From contig JAQUNW010000002.1 in the NCBI GenBank assembly GCA_028717385.1, positions 3,465 through 67,464 of the forward strand: 64,000 nt of DNA, given 5' to 3'. Shown here piece after piece: positions 1 to 9,893 of the stretch; position 1 is the first letter of the stretch, and each line of letters opens with the position of its first letter. The notes under the pieces were generated by a model. That model was not told where the DNA came from and made no database searches. It saw nothing but the letters and a program-made list of their open reading frames with translations. This stretch comes from Dehalococcoidales bacterium (lineage in GTDB: Bacteria > Chloroflexota > Dehalococcoidia > Dehalococcoidales > CSSed11-197). Position numbers and translations under genes: made by a program.

Positions 1-298
1 AAGTGGCACACCTCGAGCTTAATTCAACAAGGTTTGCCCAAGGATCCAGTTTTCCTCTCTGTGCAGAATAATCACAATCCCCAATTGGAGACTGGTGACG
101 ATACCCCCGACTTTCCATTTCTTGCACAAGCTGTTCATGGCGCTCCCGTATCAGGGGAGGATCAACCAGACCCTGCTCCAAAAATCCGCTAATATTTTTG
201 CCCCGTCGCAGGCAACCCATCAGCATATGTAGTTCAACATGCTCGCCAAGTAGATGATTACGGCACATAAATCGGGGATTTACCATCCACATTCGCAT
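1..298 (-). CDS. pyrimidine-dimer DNA glycosylase (endonuclease V/DenV-like) family protein, C-terminus off-window
   Basis: Not in the ORF track because no stop falls inside the window. Manual minus-strand translation from ATG at 298-296 gives MRMWMVNPRFMCRNHLLGEHVELHMLMGCLRRGKNISGFLEQGLVDPPLIRERHEQLVQEMESRGYRHQSP..., open to position 1. The N-terminal pattern is recalled from DenV-like small glycosylases. Confidence 0.5.
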   Translation of the reverse strand, partial: MRMWMVNPRFMCRNHLLGEHVELHMLMGCLRRGKNISGFLEQGLVDPPLIRERHEQLVQEMESRGYRHQSPIGDCDYSAQRGKLDPWANLVELSSRCAT

Positions 299-373
299 AA
301 TATCACGGCTCCAGCTATTCCAGAGATACAGTATAATAATCAGTTTTTTTGATGCTGGTAACGATTTAGTCTT

Positions 374-889
374 CTACAGAATTTCAACCAACTCAATCTC
401 AAATGTCAGGTCTTTTCCAGCAAGCGGAGAATTTGCATCTACGGTGATATCTGTCTCAGAAACTGCCACGACAACCATTGTCCAGGTATATCCGCTCTCA
501 TCCTGGCTATAAACAGTATCTCCTACCTTCGGATCAAAGCCTCCTTCCAGCTGTTCTCTGCTTACGTCAAACACCAGGTCTTCCCTGTATTCGCCATATG
601 CATCTTTCGCCACAATATCAACCGTTCTGGACTGCCCGGGTGTGAGCCCTATCACAGCTTGTTCGAACTTCTCCAACAAACGCCCTTCTCCGATAACAAA
701 CTCTAATGGCTGGCTACCCACCGATGTTTCATATTCAGTACCATCCGAAAGAAACAGGGTGTAATGCACCCGTACGCTGTCTCCTGCATTGGCCGATTTT
801 TCAGAACCGCAGCCCGAAAGAAGTGCCGGCAACAATAACAAAAGCGCCATCACTGCAAGGGTAATCTGTAAATACCGTTTTTTAAACAT
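374..889 (-). CDS. FKBP-type peptidyl-prolyl cis-trans isomerase, lipoprotein
   Basis: Signal peptide plus lipobox LLSGC. FKBP core 'VRVHYTLFLSDGTEYETS...PLEFVIGEGRLLEKFEQAVIGLTPGQ'. Confidence 0.85.
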   Translation of the reverse strand: MFKKRYLQITLAVMALLLLLPALLSGCGSEKSANAGDSVRVHYTLFLSDGTEYETSVGSQPLEFVIGEGRLLEKFEQAVIGLTPGQSRTVDIVAKDAYGEYREDLVFDVSREQLEGGFDPKVGDTVYSQDESGYTWTMVVVAVSETDITVDANSPLAGKDLTFEIELVEIL

Positions 890-990
890 TGACTGCTCCG
901 GATTAAAATAGGCGGGCTTTTTCTGCCCGCGCTAGCATGCTTTTTTAATTATACACGATTACCCTGACCCAACGCTTTGTTAAATTGGAT

Positions 991-1236
991 TTATCTACTT
1001 TTTATCCAGTCATAGACAGCGATAAGAATTATTGCAACAACCAGCGCAGCAACAAAACCTATCCACGAAGGGAAATCATACCAGCCGACCCAATGTCCAA
1101 GACTACCAGCTAGAAATGCCCCCAGAGCACCGAGAAGTATGGTCATAATCCAACCCATATTCTCTTTTCCGGGTAGAATAAGCCTTGCCAATACACCGAT
1201 AACCAAACCCACCAGAAGATACCAAAGTATTTCCAT
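991..1236 (-). CDS. GlsB/YeaQ/YmgE family stress-response membrane protein
   Basis: 81 aa with three TM helices. 'GWIMTILLGALGAFLAG' is typical of transglycosylase-associated/YeaQ proteins. Confidence 0.8.
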   Translation of the reverse strand: MEILWYLLVGLVIGVLARLILPGKENMGWIMTILLGALGAFLAGSLGHWVGWYDFPSWIGFVAALVVAIILIAVYDWIKSR

Positions 1237-1411
1237 GTTGACCCTCCTTTAATAATAATGATTATAAAGAAAAACATCATTAAATATCAATACTTTTTCC
1301 AATAAACGGCTCGGCTCCGATAATTTTTAAGGCTCGCGTAATGGACAGCTCCAGGTGTTTTTAACTAAATTATGCTTAGGCAGCCCCACTTGCTATAATT
1401 TCGTTTAAACT

Positions 1412-1999
1412 ATGCAGCAAACCAGGCTTATCCATATCGATGAGGTTGGCCTAGTATCCTTCGAACGAAGCATGCGGGCTAAACGCATAAGCATTTCTAT
1501 AAAACCTTTCCGAAAACCGAGAGTCGCCGTACCTCCTCACTCTTCTTTCCAAAAAGCAACAGAATTTGCTATCAGTAGAAAAAACTGGCTAATAGAAAAT
1601 ATTGATAAGATCAGACGTTACGAAAAAACATTATCTGTTCAGGCGATCGCCTCGACACCGGTAGACAGGCAACGTGCAACCAAGCTCCTCACCCGGCGGC
1701 TTGAAGAACTGGCCTTTAAATACGGCTTCTCCTATAACCGTGTAACTATTCGCAACCAGAAAACTCGCTGGGGCAGCTGTTCTGCTAATAACAACATCAG
1801 CCTTAACGTACAGCTTGCGAGGCTCCCTCAGGAGCTGGCTGATTATGTCATTCTGCATGAACTGGTACACACCAGGATAAAAAACCACAGCCATGCATTC
1901 TGGCAAGAGCTGGATAGACTGGTCGGTTCAAGCAAGAAATTCAGAGCTAAAATGAAAAACTACCTGCCTTTAATATATCCGGAATCTCTTGATCTTTAG
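1412..1999 (+). CDS. M48/YgjP-like (DUF45) zinc metallopeptidase
   Basis: C-terminal 'ILHELVHTRIKNHSHAFW' HExxH motif and 'RWGSCS' motif typical of the YgjP/DUF45 family. Confidence 0.8.
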   Translation: MQQTRLIHIDEVGLVSFERSMRAKRISISIKPFRKPRVAVPPHSSFQKATEFAISRKNWLIENIDKIRRYEKTLSVQAIASTPVDRQRATKLLTRRLEELAFKYGFSYNRVTIRNQKTRWGSCSANNNISLNVQLARLPQELADYVILHELVHTRIKNHSHAFWQELDRLVGSSKKFRAKMKNYLPLIYPESLDL

Positions 2000-2063
2000 C
2001 CACCGGGGTTGTTTGATAATGCCGTAATACCGTTAATGACGAGCAAATCCACTTAGTGTGCTC

Positions 2064-3368
2064 TTAAAGCCAGATGAGTTGAAGTAATACATGCGAAACA
2101 GCCACTGCGGCAATAGTAAAAGGCCAGGCAATTTTTATATAACTTCCCATTTTGATGCGGTAGCCACGTTTTTCCAGCATGCCGCAAGCCAGCACATTGG
2201 CGGTTGCGCCCACCGGCGTCAGGTTGCCACCCATACCGGTACCGATCAGCATACCGAAATAGAAGGGAAATGGATTAACTCCCAATGAAGATGCCAGCAT
2301 AGAGCATACCGGCAGCATGATGACTGTATAGGGGACATTATCTATAAAAGATGAAAGCAGAACCGAAACCCAGATAATCACCCCAAGATATAGAGCCGGG
2401 CTGGAAATCCCGGTATTGATGAGCAAATTAGCAAAATCTTCCAGCAGTCCGACTTTATTTACACTGAAAATCAGGATAAAAATTCCTATTAAAAAGAATA
2501 TAGAATTCCAATCGTATTCCTTGAGCCAGTTTTTGACATTACGCCCGGCAAAAGCCAGACACACCAAACCTAAAATCAAACCAACCAGACCCCGGTGATT
2601 CCATACTCCCAGGCTTTCCCACGGAATAAAAGCCAGGGCTGCAACGCTTACTACCAATAGTATTACCGGCTTGAAGGTTATTTCTACTTCCTCCGGCTGC
2701 AACGCTACCTTATTGTTCAGCTTCCTGAAAGTCAGGAGTAGCACGAAGATGGCAGCCAGGATCCCGATAACAGATATGGTTCCAAGCCCAACCTTGCCTT
2801 GAAACCAGTAGAATTCAAAAAAGCTCATGCCGGTTTGGCTTGCCATGATAAGAGCCGGCGGATCAGCTACCATGGTAACCGTGGTGACAATATTGGAAGC
2901 GGCAGCCAGTGCAATCAGATACACAAACAAATTGCCGTTCATGCGGGTGGCAAGTTCTATTGCTAATGGCGCCAAAATAATAACAACACTTGGATTAGCC
3001 ATGAATGAGGAGAGAATCATAGCGATAACGCATAATACCAGCAGGGCGTATTTTTCTTGGGTTATACGGCTGACAACCCGATTGGCAAGCCACTTGGGGA
3101 TATTGCTCGCGGTCAGAAAGCTGGCCAGCATCCCGTATCCCCAGTATATTGCCAGAACATCCCAATCTACCCCGGTAAAAAACGCCTCACCTGGCCCCAC
3201 TACACCGAGCACTACCATAATAACAGCAGCTGCCAGTGAAACATAGGCGATGTTGAAGCGGCGGTACAGAATGAATACAAAGGTAATAACAAAAACTGCC
3301 AGTGTCATCCACTTGGCAGTGTCAGGACTTAAAAAACTGGGTACTAGCGCAAGAAAAGTTTCAGTCAT
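2064..3368 (-). CDS. ArsB/NhaD-superfamily (citrate-transporter-like) permease
   Basis: 434-aa polytopic membrane protein. Overall pattern resembles ion-transporter-superfamily permeases. Plus-strand ORFs inside it are shadows. Confidence 0.65.
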   Translation of the reverse strand: MTETFLALVPSFLSPDTAKWMTLAVFVITFVFILYRRFNIAYVSLAAAVIMVVLGVVGPGEAFFTGVDWDVLAIYWGYGMLASFLTASNIPKWLANRVVSRITQEKYALLVLCVIAMILSSFMANPSVVIILAPLAIELATRMNGNLFVYLIALAAASNIVTTVTMVADPPALIMASQTGMSFFEFYWFQGKVGLGTISVIGILAAIFVLLLTFRKLNNKVALQPEEVEITFKPVILLVVSVAALAFIPWESLGVWNHRGLVGLILGLVCLAFAGRNVKNWLKEYDWNSIFFLIGIFILIFSVNKVGLLEDFANLLINTGISSPALYLGVIIWVSVLLSSFIDNVPYTVIMLPVCSMLASSLGVNPFPFYFGMLIGTGMGGNLTPVGATANVLACGMLEKRGYRIKMGSYIKIAWPFTIAAVAVSHVLLQLIWL

Positions 3369-3414
3369 TTGGATTCAATATTCCAATGAGTTTATCTTAA
3401 CCTGAACGAAGCTG

Positions 3415-4137
3415 TCAAATGGGCAAAGCAGAAATTAAAGATATTCCGGCCAGCAAGCTTAATATGTTGGCAACGATTACATAAGCAGCAGTTCGCAAAC
3501 GGCGATGTTCGTTTACCAAAATCAGAAAACCGGCCATTTCAATTATAAATATCAGCGCTTCTGCAAAAAACAGAAGGAGGACTAGATAGCCCACATGAAA
3601 AGGAGGGGTTCCATTCAAACATATCCAGAGCGTAAGCTGTGTGGCCAGGTTAAGACCGAGGAAAACCAGCCAGCTTCTCTTGCGACGGTAACCGAACAGG
3701 AAAAACACAAGCCCTTCGACCAAAAGCGTCAAAACAACCCGGGAGAATATTAAAAATGCTGACCGGTAAAAGGATTTACCCGGCGTAAGCGATTGGCTTT
3801 TCAGATCAAGTGTATAGATGTTTTGATATGACTCAACCGGCTTGTCTAGCTCTATTATGAAGGTTTTTCCTCCAGTGGCAACTTCAAAACTATAATCCGT
3901 AAACTGCATCTGATAGGAATAAAAAGAGTAGTAGGTTTCATAAGAGTGGGTGGTTTTGGAAGCCTTAGGACCCTCCGGTAGCAGGCTGATTTCCAAATCT
4001 TCGGGAGCATGGGCAACAATTATAAATATCGAGGGCGGCTCGGCAGAATTAGCATGGCATTCAGTTGTTTGAATAAAAGGAAAAAATAGCAGAAGCCCGG
4101 CTACTGCCAAGAGAAAATATTTCGCCCATTTCTTCAT
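3415..4137 (-). CDS. hypothetical membrane protein (signal peptide, C-terminal multi-TM region)
   Basis: Long ORF with N-terminal signal-like helix and 4-5 C-terminal TM helices. No family recognised. Confidence 0.5.
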   Translation of the reverse strand: MKKWAKYFLLAVAGLLLFFPFIQTTECHANSAEPPSIFIIVAHAPEDLEISLLPEGPKASKTTHSYETYYSFYSYQMQFTDYSFEVATGGKTFIIELDKPVESYQNIYTLDLKSQSLTPGKSFYRSAFLIFSRVVLTLLVEGLVFFLFGYRRKRSWLVFLGLNLATQLTLWICLNGTPPFHVGYLVLLLFFAEALIFIIEMAGFLILVNEHRRLRTAAYVIVANILSLLAGISLISALPI

Positions 4138-4230
4138 GCTGTTAATACTTTACCACTCAATGTCAAAAAGCTTAAGTTATTTTCCCCAACTTTGTTAAAA
4201 ACCATTGTACAGACTACGAAATGAAAGCAA

Positions 4231-4278
4231 AAACACGTGTCATGTCCGAATGAAGCGAAGGGTCTCGCAAGAATTGTG
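4231..4278. repeat. 48-nt direct repeat, copy A (contains near-palindrome TCTCGCAAGA)
   Basis: aaacacgtgtcatgtccgaatgaagcgaagggtctcgcaagaattgtg aligns with 4341-4388 at about 75 percent identity. Confidence 0.6.
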
Positions 4279-4340
4279 CCCGTATATAAGAAAAAACATC
4301 TTGACGTTGGCGCTCTATACGTATAAGATCCTTGGGCAGT

Positions 4341-4388
4341 AAACGCATGTCATTCCGGGCAAAGTGAAGAGTCTTGCAAGAATTGTTG
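4341..4388. repeat. 48-nt direct repeat, copy B (contains perfect palindrome TCTTGCAAGA)
   Basis: aaacgcatgtcattccgggcaaagtgaagagtcttgcaagaattgttg lies 110 nt downstream of copy A. It overlaps the annotated start of ORF 4374. Confidence 0.6.
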
Positions 4389-4949
4389 TCTACCATAATA
4401 AAAATTAATCAAAACATAATAGATACACTCAAGGCTACTATTGTAGTCATAAGCCTGGTGCTTCTGGCAGTCACCGGTGTGCAGCTATACATAGTCCTGA
4501 CTACCGATACTGAGAGTGATATTTCCTATTTTCTAAAGTTGGCAGAAGACCTTCATGGTGATATCGATGCAGAATTTCTTAAGGAGAACGTTACTGAACT
4601 TGCTGGAATAATTTCTTCTCCAAATCTGGGAGAGTCCAAACCGATAGCTCTGGCAATATCCCACGGCATTTTCATGACCAACGCATACAGGGAAAGGTTT
4701 TACGACCTCATGTCAGTAACCGATGCAACCCTGGTGCTTAAAAATGCTTTGATACAGGAAGGCGGACTATTCTTGAACAGCTATCACAACCTGAGGGAAG
4801 CGCTTAACGACAGCCTGAATGAAGACTACGACTCCCGCGATTCAAATATTCACAAAGTGTTGTCAAAACTTGATGAAGCCCTGGCGTTGAGATATCCAAA
4901 TACTGCCGCTATTGAACGTTGGCTGGGTGAACCAGGAAAACCTGACTAG
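4374..4949 (+). CDS. hypothetical N-terminally membrane-anchored protein
   Basis: Track ORF with one TM helix (VVISLVLLAVTGVQLYIVL). Start codon is uncertain (TTG at 4374, 4383 or 4386). Confidence 0.45.
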   Translation: MQELLSTIIKINQNIIDTLKATIVVISLVLLAVTGVQLYIVLTTDTESDISYFLKLAEDLHGDIDAEFLKENVTELAGIISSPNLGESKPIALAISHGIFMTNAYRERFYDLMSVTDATLVLKNALIQEGGLFLNSYHNLREALNDSLNEDYDSRDSNIHKVLSKLDEALALRYPNTAAIERWLGEPGKPD

Positions 4950-4962
4950 CGAATACCTGTTA

Positions 4963-5160
4963 CTAGCCGCACCCGCTGCAGCCTCCGCAACTGCCAGATG
5001 AGCAGCTGTTGCTCTTTCCGGAGTTAAAGGCAGCATATACCCGTTCCAGTCCAGCTTTCCCACATGACGTGCATTTTACTTCATTGTGGTTTGTACCCAT
5101 TGGCAACAACAGCTCAAAAACACAGTCACATCTAAGGCATTTATAAGAATATAAAGGCAT
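4963..5160 (-). CDS. FmdB-family zinc-ribbon putative regulatory protein
   Basis: 'MPLYSYKCLRCDCVFE...KCTSCGK' CxxC..CxxC ribbon plus Cys/Gly/Ser-rich tail, typical of the FmdB/CxxC_CxxC_SSSS family. Confidence 0.8.
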   Translation of the reverse strand: MPLYSYKCLRCDCVFELLLPMGTNHNEVKCTSCGKAGLERVYAAFNSGKSNSCSSGSCGGCSGCG

Positions 5161-5213
5161 TTTTCCTCTCTATATAGATCCAAATAATTATTGCTGACAG
5201 CAACATCAGCGCT

Positions 5214-5531
5214 CTAGCCTTTTTTAGCAAGTATTTCTTCCGCCCAGGCCATTGCGGCAATCATCCGCGGGAAACCGGCAGTAGTAAGCGTTTGAATAAT
5301 TGCGTGTCTAATTTCTTCAGGGGAGATACCTTCAGAAAGAGCCTGTAACACATGAGACTGGACATCCCCTTCGCTTTCAATCCCAATAGCAATACCAAGC
5401 TTTACCAACCTGCGGCACTTAGCATCCAGCGGACCATCCTGATGGCAGCTCTGGGCTAGTTTGGAAAAATCCCGGGCAATTTCAGGATACTTCTTCTCAA
5501 AATCGGCATAATATTTGGGAGAATATTTCAT
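5214..5531 (-). CDS. carboxymuconolactone decarboxylase (AhpD-like) family protein
   Basis: 105-aa all-helical protein. 'LDAKCRRLVKLGIAIG...ISPEEIRHAI' matches the CMD-domain pattern. Confidence 0.75.
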   Translation of the reverse strand: MKYSPKYYADFEKKYPEIARDFSKLAQSCHQDGPLDAKCRRLVKLGIAIGIESEGDVQSHVLQALSEGISPEEIRHAIIQTLTTAGFPRMIAAMAWAEEILAKKG

Positions 5532-5674
5532 CGCGCTTCCTCCTTAGCATTAGATAAACTCATTATCATGCAAGAAGATTTTGTTGTCAATTGAAATAAT
5601 TTATCGATTAGCGGGATATATTAATCGTGCCTGATTAGAGTATAATATTATTATTAACATGGAGGAAGTTCTTT

Positions 5675-5797
5675 ATGGAATTGCACCTGGTACTCGGCTG
5701 GGGTTCGCCAATCGGTATCGGCATCTTTCTTCTCTGCCTTGCTGGCATGGTTTACATTTTATCCAAAGTAGGTAAAGACAAGGGCGACAGAGATTAA
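5675..5797 (+). CDS. possible 40-aa small membrane protein
   Basis: Not in the track. RBS GGAGGA lies 8 nt upstream of ATG 5675. Translation is MELHLVLGWGSPIGIGIFLLCLAGMVYILSKVGKDKGDRD. Confidence 0.3.
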   Translation: MELHLVLGWGSPIGIGIFLLCLAGMVYILSKVGKDKGDRD

Positions 5798-5897
5798 TAA
5801 ACCAGGAGTGTCCAAGAGTTCTTTCTGGAATATGCAGCGGCAAAACCAGTCTTGCCCTGCCAGGGCTGAAATTATTTTTACAGGGGGATAATAATAA

Positions 5898-6821
5898 ATG
5901 ACAGGATTAATCATAGGGCCGACGATCGGCTTCATATTGCTCATGGTATTTTTTATGTCAGTCTATACTGTAAAGCAGCAAACCTATGTGGTTATCGAAA
6001 GATTGGGCAAATTTACCAAGATTTCGGACCCGGGATTTCATTTCAAATGGCCAATAATCGATCGTATTGCTGGCAGGGTTTCCATTAGGGTGCGGGAACT
6101 AAATGTTGCAGTTAAAACTAAAACCGTCGATAACGTTTTCGTCGATTTATTAATTGCAGTTCAGTATTATGTCACTAAAGAGAAAGTATGGGATGCTTTC
6201 TATAAACTTACCAACCCACAATCACAGATGGAGTCCTTCGTATTCGATACTGTAAGAGCAAAAGTTCCCCACATGAAGCTGGACGAGGTTTTTGAAAGGA
6301 AAGAGGATATTGCACAGGATATTGAAGAGAAACTCGGCAATATCATGCCTGAGTTTGGCTACTTTATTAAAACTGCGCTGGTGAACGATATTGTACCCGA
6401 TACCAAGGTAGCCAATGCCATGAACGAAATCAATGCCCAGGAGAGGCTGAGAGTAGCTGCCGAACACAAGGGCGAAGCCGAAAAGATTTTAATAGTAAAA
6501 GCAGCCGAAGCTGATGCAAAGAGCAAGGAACTTTCCGGCATAGGTATAGCTAACCAGAGAATAGCCATTGTTAAGGGCTTGAGAGAATCCGTAGAGGACT
6601 TCCAAAAATCCATTGAGGGTGTAGATGCCAAAGACGTAATGTCGCTAGTACTGCTTACCCAGTACTACGATATGCTCACCGACGTCGGCCGCCATTCCAA
6701 CAATAATACTATCCTTATTCCGCATTCACCAGGAGCGGTGGGTGAGTTCCAGGAGCAAATACTGACTTCTTTGCTGGCAGCTGATAAGGCAACAAAAGAT
6801 ACCGGCAAGAAAACAGATTAA
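5898..6821 (+). CDS. SPFH/band-7 (stomatin/prohibitin-like) domain protein
   Basis: N-terminal TM followed by 'YTVKQQTYVVIERLGKFTKISDPGFHFKWPIIDR', a typical SPFH core. Confidence 0.85.
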   Translation: MTGLIIGPTIGFILLMVFFMSVYTVKQQTYVVIERLGKFTKISDPGFHFKWPIIDRIAGRVSIRVRELNVAVKTKTVDNVFVDLLIAVQYYVTKEKVWDAFYKLTNPQSQMESFVFDTVRAKVPHMKLDEVFERKEDIAQDIEEKLGNIMPEFGYFIKTALVNDIVPDTKVANAMNEINAQERLRVAAEHKGEAEKILIVKAAEADAKSKELSGIGIANQRIAIVKGLRESVEDFQKSIEGVDAKDVMSLVLLTQYYDMLTDVGRHSNNNTILIPHSPGAVGEFQEQILTSLLAADKATKDTGKKTD

Positions 6822-6831
6822 GGAGGCAACC

Positions 6832-7830
6832 ATGGAGCTTAGCCCGGAAGAAAGGCAGCGGATATACCAGGAAGAAAAAGAGCGGATAGAACAAGAAAAA
6901 GCACAAGCGTCCAGCGCCAAAACCAGCACCCAGTTGCCTCAGAATGTGAGCGGGCTTTTATGTTACCTGGCTGGTTGGATTACCGGCATTATATTCTTGG
7001 TGCTTGAACCCAAAAACAGATTTATTCGCTTTCACGCCACTCAATCTATAGTAACTTTCGCCCCGCTGATGATATTAAGCGGCTTGCTGTCCCTCATCCC
7101 GGTAATTGGTGATGCCTTCAGCGCAATTATCGGCACACTGACTTTTGCCCTTTGGATAATACTCATGATAAAAGCCTACCAGGGTGAAATGTTCAGGCTG
7201 CCACTGGCAGGTGATATTGCAGCTTCTGCTATCAATGATATGCCCCAGACAAGCCAAGAAACTAAAACCGTTGCCCTTGCGAGGGAGACAACGGAAGATA
7301 CCGAACCAATAGCTGTTACTGCCGAAGCCGGGCAACGAGTACACACGGAAAGGGAAGGAAAGGATGACTCCTCCGGGCGTACTGGCCGATTAATTGGATA
7401 CTCATTCGGGATTATCTGGAACATAGCCCTTCTCATTTTCTTTACATGTTTTCACAGCTACATTGCCTGGTACCGGCATGTGCCCGGAGGAGGCTTTTCA
7501 CGTGCCCCGTTGCTCACCAGCGAATTTATGGTATGGCTTCCCATCTTCATTGTAGTAACAGTGCTTACCATTGCCGCCTACATTACGATGATAGTATATG
7601 ACCGCTACTGGTTCCGGGAAGCCACAGAAATGGTGTTGAATATTCTGGGTGTAATAGTAGTTGCCTCTCTTGCCAGCATATTCCCATTCGATTTCAGCAT
7701 AATTCCTGGAGGAGCAGAAACCGCGGTGGCAATTGCCGTAAAATCCAGCTTGATAATAATCGCTGTGATATTGGGAATTGCCGCCTTCGCGAGGTTCGTA
7801 AAGCTGATAGTGTACGCAGTAAGGCAATAA
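6832..7830 (+). CDS. DUF4870-like multi-pass membrane protein
   Basis: 'LLCYLAGWITGIIFLVLEPKNRFIRFHATQSI' motif. Immediately follows the SPFH gene with a 10-nt gap, so probably the same operon. Confidence 0.6.
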   Translation: MELSPEERQRIYQEEKERIEQEKAQASSAKTSTQLPQNVSGLLCYLAGWITGIIFLVLEPKNRFIRFHATQSIVTFAPLMILSGLLSLIPVIGDAFSAIIGTLTFALWIILMIKAYQGEMFRLPLAGDIAASAINDMPQTSQETKTVALARETTEDTEPIAVTAEAGQRVHTEREGKDDSSGRTGRLIGYSFGIIWNIALLIFFTCFHSYIAWYRHVPGGGFSRAPLLTSEFMVWLPIFIVVTVLTIAAYITMIVYDRYWFREATEMVLNILGVIVVASLASIFPFDFSIIPGGAETAVAIAVKSSLIIIAVILGIAAFARFVKLIVYAVRQ

Positions 7831-7929
7831 TGCCAAATTCATCATTATTCACCAAGCGAAAAAAAAGAGGGATTTTGGGCCAGCTTCTTAGATTAAACAA
7901 ACCTGAACCTGATCCGGTTTAAATACTTC

Positions 7930-7957
7930 GGCTGGGAATATAGCTATATTCCCAGCC
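7930..7957. repeat. perfect 28-nt palindrome (14-bp arms, no loop)
   Basis: ggctgggaatatag/ctatattcccagcc, read directly. Lies about 100 nt downstream of the 6832-7830 gene. No adjacent T-run. Confidence 0.7.
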
Positions 7958-8252
7958 ACTTGATAATCCCGCTATTTAATTCAAAATCCCCCGGTTTTAC
8001 TATCTTAGCAAGCCTCTAAACCCTCTGACAGCTTAATAGCTTTTTGCGCGGTTGTGATATAAATAAGGTGCCTATGGGTACGTTTCTTTTCTGTGCGCAA
8101 TGTTTTTTATTATTCGTTCTGTCAACACCGATACCCGAGCTGGAAAAAGAAATAAAGAATCGAAAAAAGTATTATTAGACCACTCATTCGGCAATACCTT
8201 GGTAGTATTTCTGGCGTTATAATAAGAGGCTGGGGAAAGGTAGAAGCTACAT

Positions 8253-8774
8253 ATGAAAAGCAGGAGCTTAATAACTGTCTTTGTTTTTTCTATTTTACTT
8301 ACACAGTTTACATGTGGCTGTAATACTCCTAAAGGCGAAGATCCCAGAAACAACCCTGATGTCCTGGCATCACTGGAAGAAGCCGGAAAGTTGATCGAAA
8401 AACTTTCAATCGCTGAAATAGATATACTGCCGCGTGGTTTTAAGGGATACGAGCTGTACTCTTGGCCAAAAGAAGAGAAGTGGATGTTTACCCTTATTAC
8501 CGGGACCAACCGCACCAAAACCGTGAAGGAGCTTACTACTGTTGAGGATTATATTTCTGAAACCGGCTGGGTAAACATCCATTGTTCAAGTGTAGATGAT
8601 ATACAAACAGCTTTGAGTAAATTGCCGGCAGGAGAACTGGTGGTCTGGTGCGGAGAATTACACATTGGAGAAACAGAGGGCGTAGATTTTAAACTGCCGC
8701 CTGAACAAATTGTTGGCGACATAAAAACACATTGTGAGGCGCTTGGTCTGGATTTAGTAGTTGGAGTAGGTTAA
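8253..8774 (+). CDS. hypothetical lipoprotein
   Basis: Signal peptide with lipobox-like FTCGC. No family recognised. The antisense ORF 8072-8518 is a shadow. Confidence 0.5.
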   Translation: MKSRSLITVFVFSILLTQFTCGCNTPKGEDPRNNPDVLASLEEAGKLIEKLSIAEIDILPRGFKGYELYSWPKEEKWMFTLITGTNRTKTVKELTTVEDYISETGWVNIHCSSVDDIQTALSKLPAGELVVWCGELHIGETEGVDFKLPPEQIVGDIKTHCEALGLDLVVGVG

Positions 8775-8886
8775 TTACTGACAGCTGAAACGCTAAATTA
8801 ATCACTGAAATACCGCCATTTTCCCTGATGCTGTTAAATATGCGACTTATTATTATATGTGGTAGTAAAAATTGTGAGGTGAAACG

Positions 8887-9279
8887 ATGAAAAAGCTATT
8901 GTTTACCGCCGTGGTACTCGTTCTATCCGCCTCGATGGCCTGGGGATGTACCAGCCAATCTGTAAAAGCCTACTACGACCCGGAAGAAGACATTGATTCT
9001 GGCGTCAGCAAGGAGTTTATTGTGCTGATTGCGCTTGAATCTAACCCTTCCACCGGCTACAGATGGGAAGCAGTTTACAACACAGAAATGCTTGAGCTTG
9101 TAGAGGAGACATTTGAACCAGGTGAATTTGCTAAAGAAAACATAGTTGGCGCCGGAGGTACTGAACTTTTCCGGTTCAAGGCATTAAACAAAGGCCAAAC
9201 TGACATCACTTTCAAGTATAAAAGATCCTGGGAAACTGAAGTCCTGGAAACCAAGATATTTACAGTTGAGATAAAGTAA
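8887..9279 (+). CDS. chagasin-family (I42) cysteine-peptidase inhibitor, secreted
   Basis: Signal peptide plus 'ESNPSTGYRWE' (NPTTGYxW motif) and 'FRFKALNKGQTDITFKYKRSWE'. Confidence 0.75.
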   Translation: MKKLLFTAVVLVLSASMAWGCTSQSVKAYYDPEEDIDSGVSKEFIVLIALESNPSTGYRWEAVYNTEMLELVEETFEPGEFAKENIVGAGGTELFRFKALNKGQTDITFKYKRSWETEVLETKIFTVEIK

Positions 9280-9893
9280 TCCGGCTTGAAAACTCCAGGT
9301 TAAAGAATTCTCAATTAGCTTGGTAAACCGAATAATCAGAGCGGAAATCGGGCTTCCTTTCATTCCGCTCTGAGAAGTGATGTGCAGGTAAAAAGATTAA
9401 GCGTCCAAAACCTTCAACCAGAAAACCGTGGGCGGGAGCAGTGCAGGCAGGATATAATAAAGACCAACGTTTCAAACCAGGAAAACCTGCTATGAGGATC
9501 GATAAAAACAACCCGAATAAAAGATATACAGATTTTTGGGATTGGCTATTTGCTGATGTGAACTACTTCTGGATAATAGCCATGGGCTTGGGTTACGCAT
9601 ACTATCTCGTAACCACTTACGAGGTGTAAACTTACCGGCTTCACCCATTTTCCACCGGATATCCTGGCATTGCAGCCACTGGCCTGCAATGGTTGCACAA
9701 ATACGGTTTCTTATAATCCGGTCGCCATTTACTGTCTATTTATGCAAACAATGGCAAGCTTGAACCGAAAAGTAGTTGCTTTGATTCTACGGTAAAAAAA
9801 ATTGTTGCAATCCAATTTTGCCAGCTTTAAACCGATGAATTCGACAATTACTGGTGGTAAAATAAATTGTCAGTACGAATAAAGGGGGGGGTT

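Noticed and set aside
9311-9629. ORFs 9311-9511 (-) and 9441-9629 (+), plus an 11-bp stem hairpin at about 9337-9385.
   Set aside because: The ORFs overlap each other, have weak starts, and no recognisable family. The internal 45-aa version (MRIDKNNPNKRY..., one TM helix) is possible but unsupported. The hairpin lacks a U-run.
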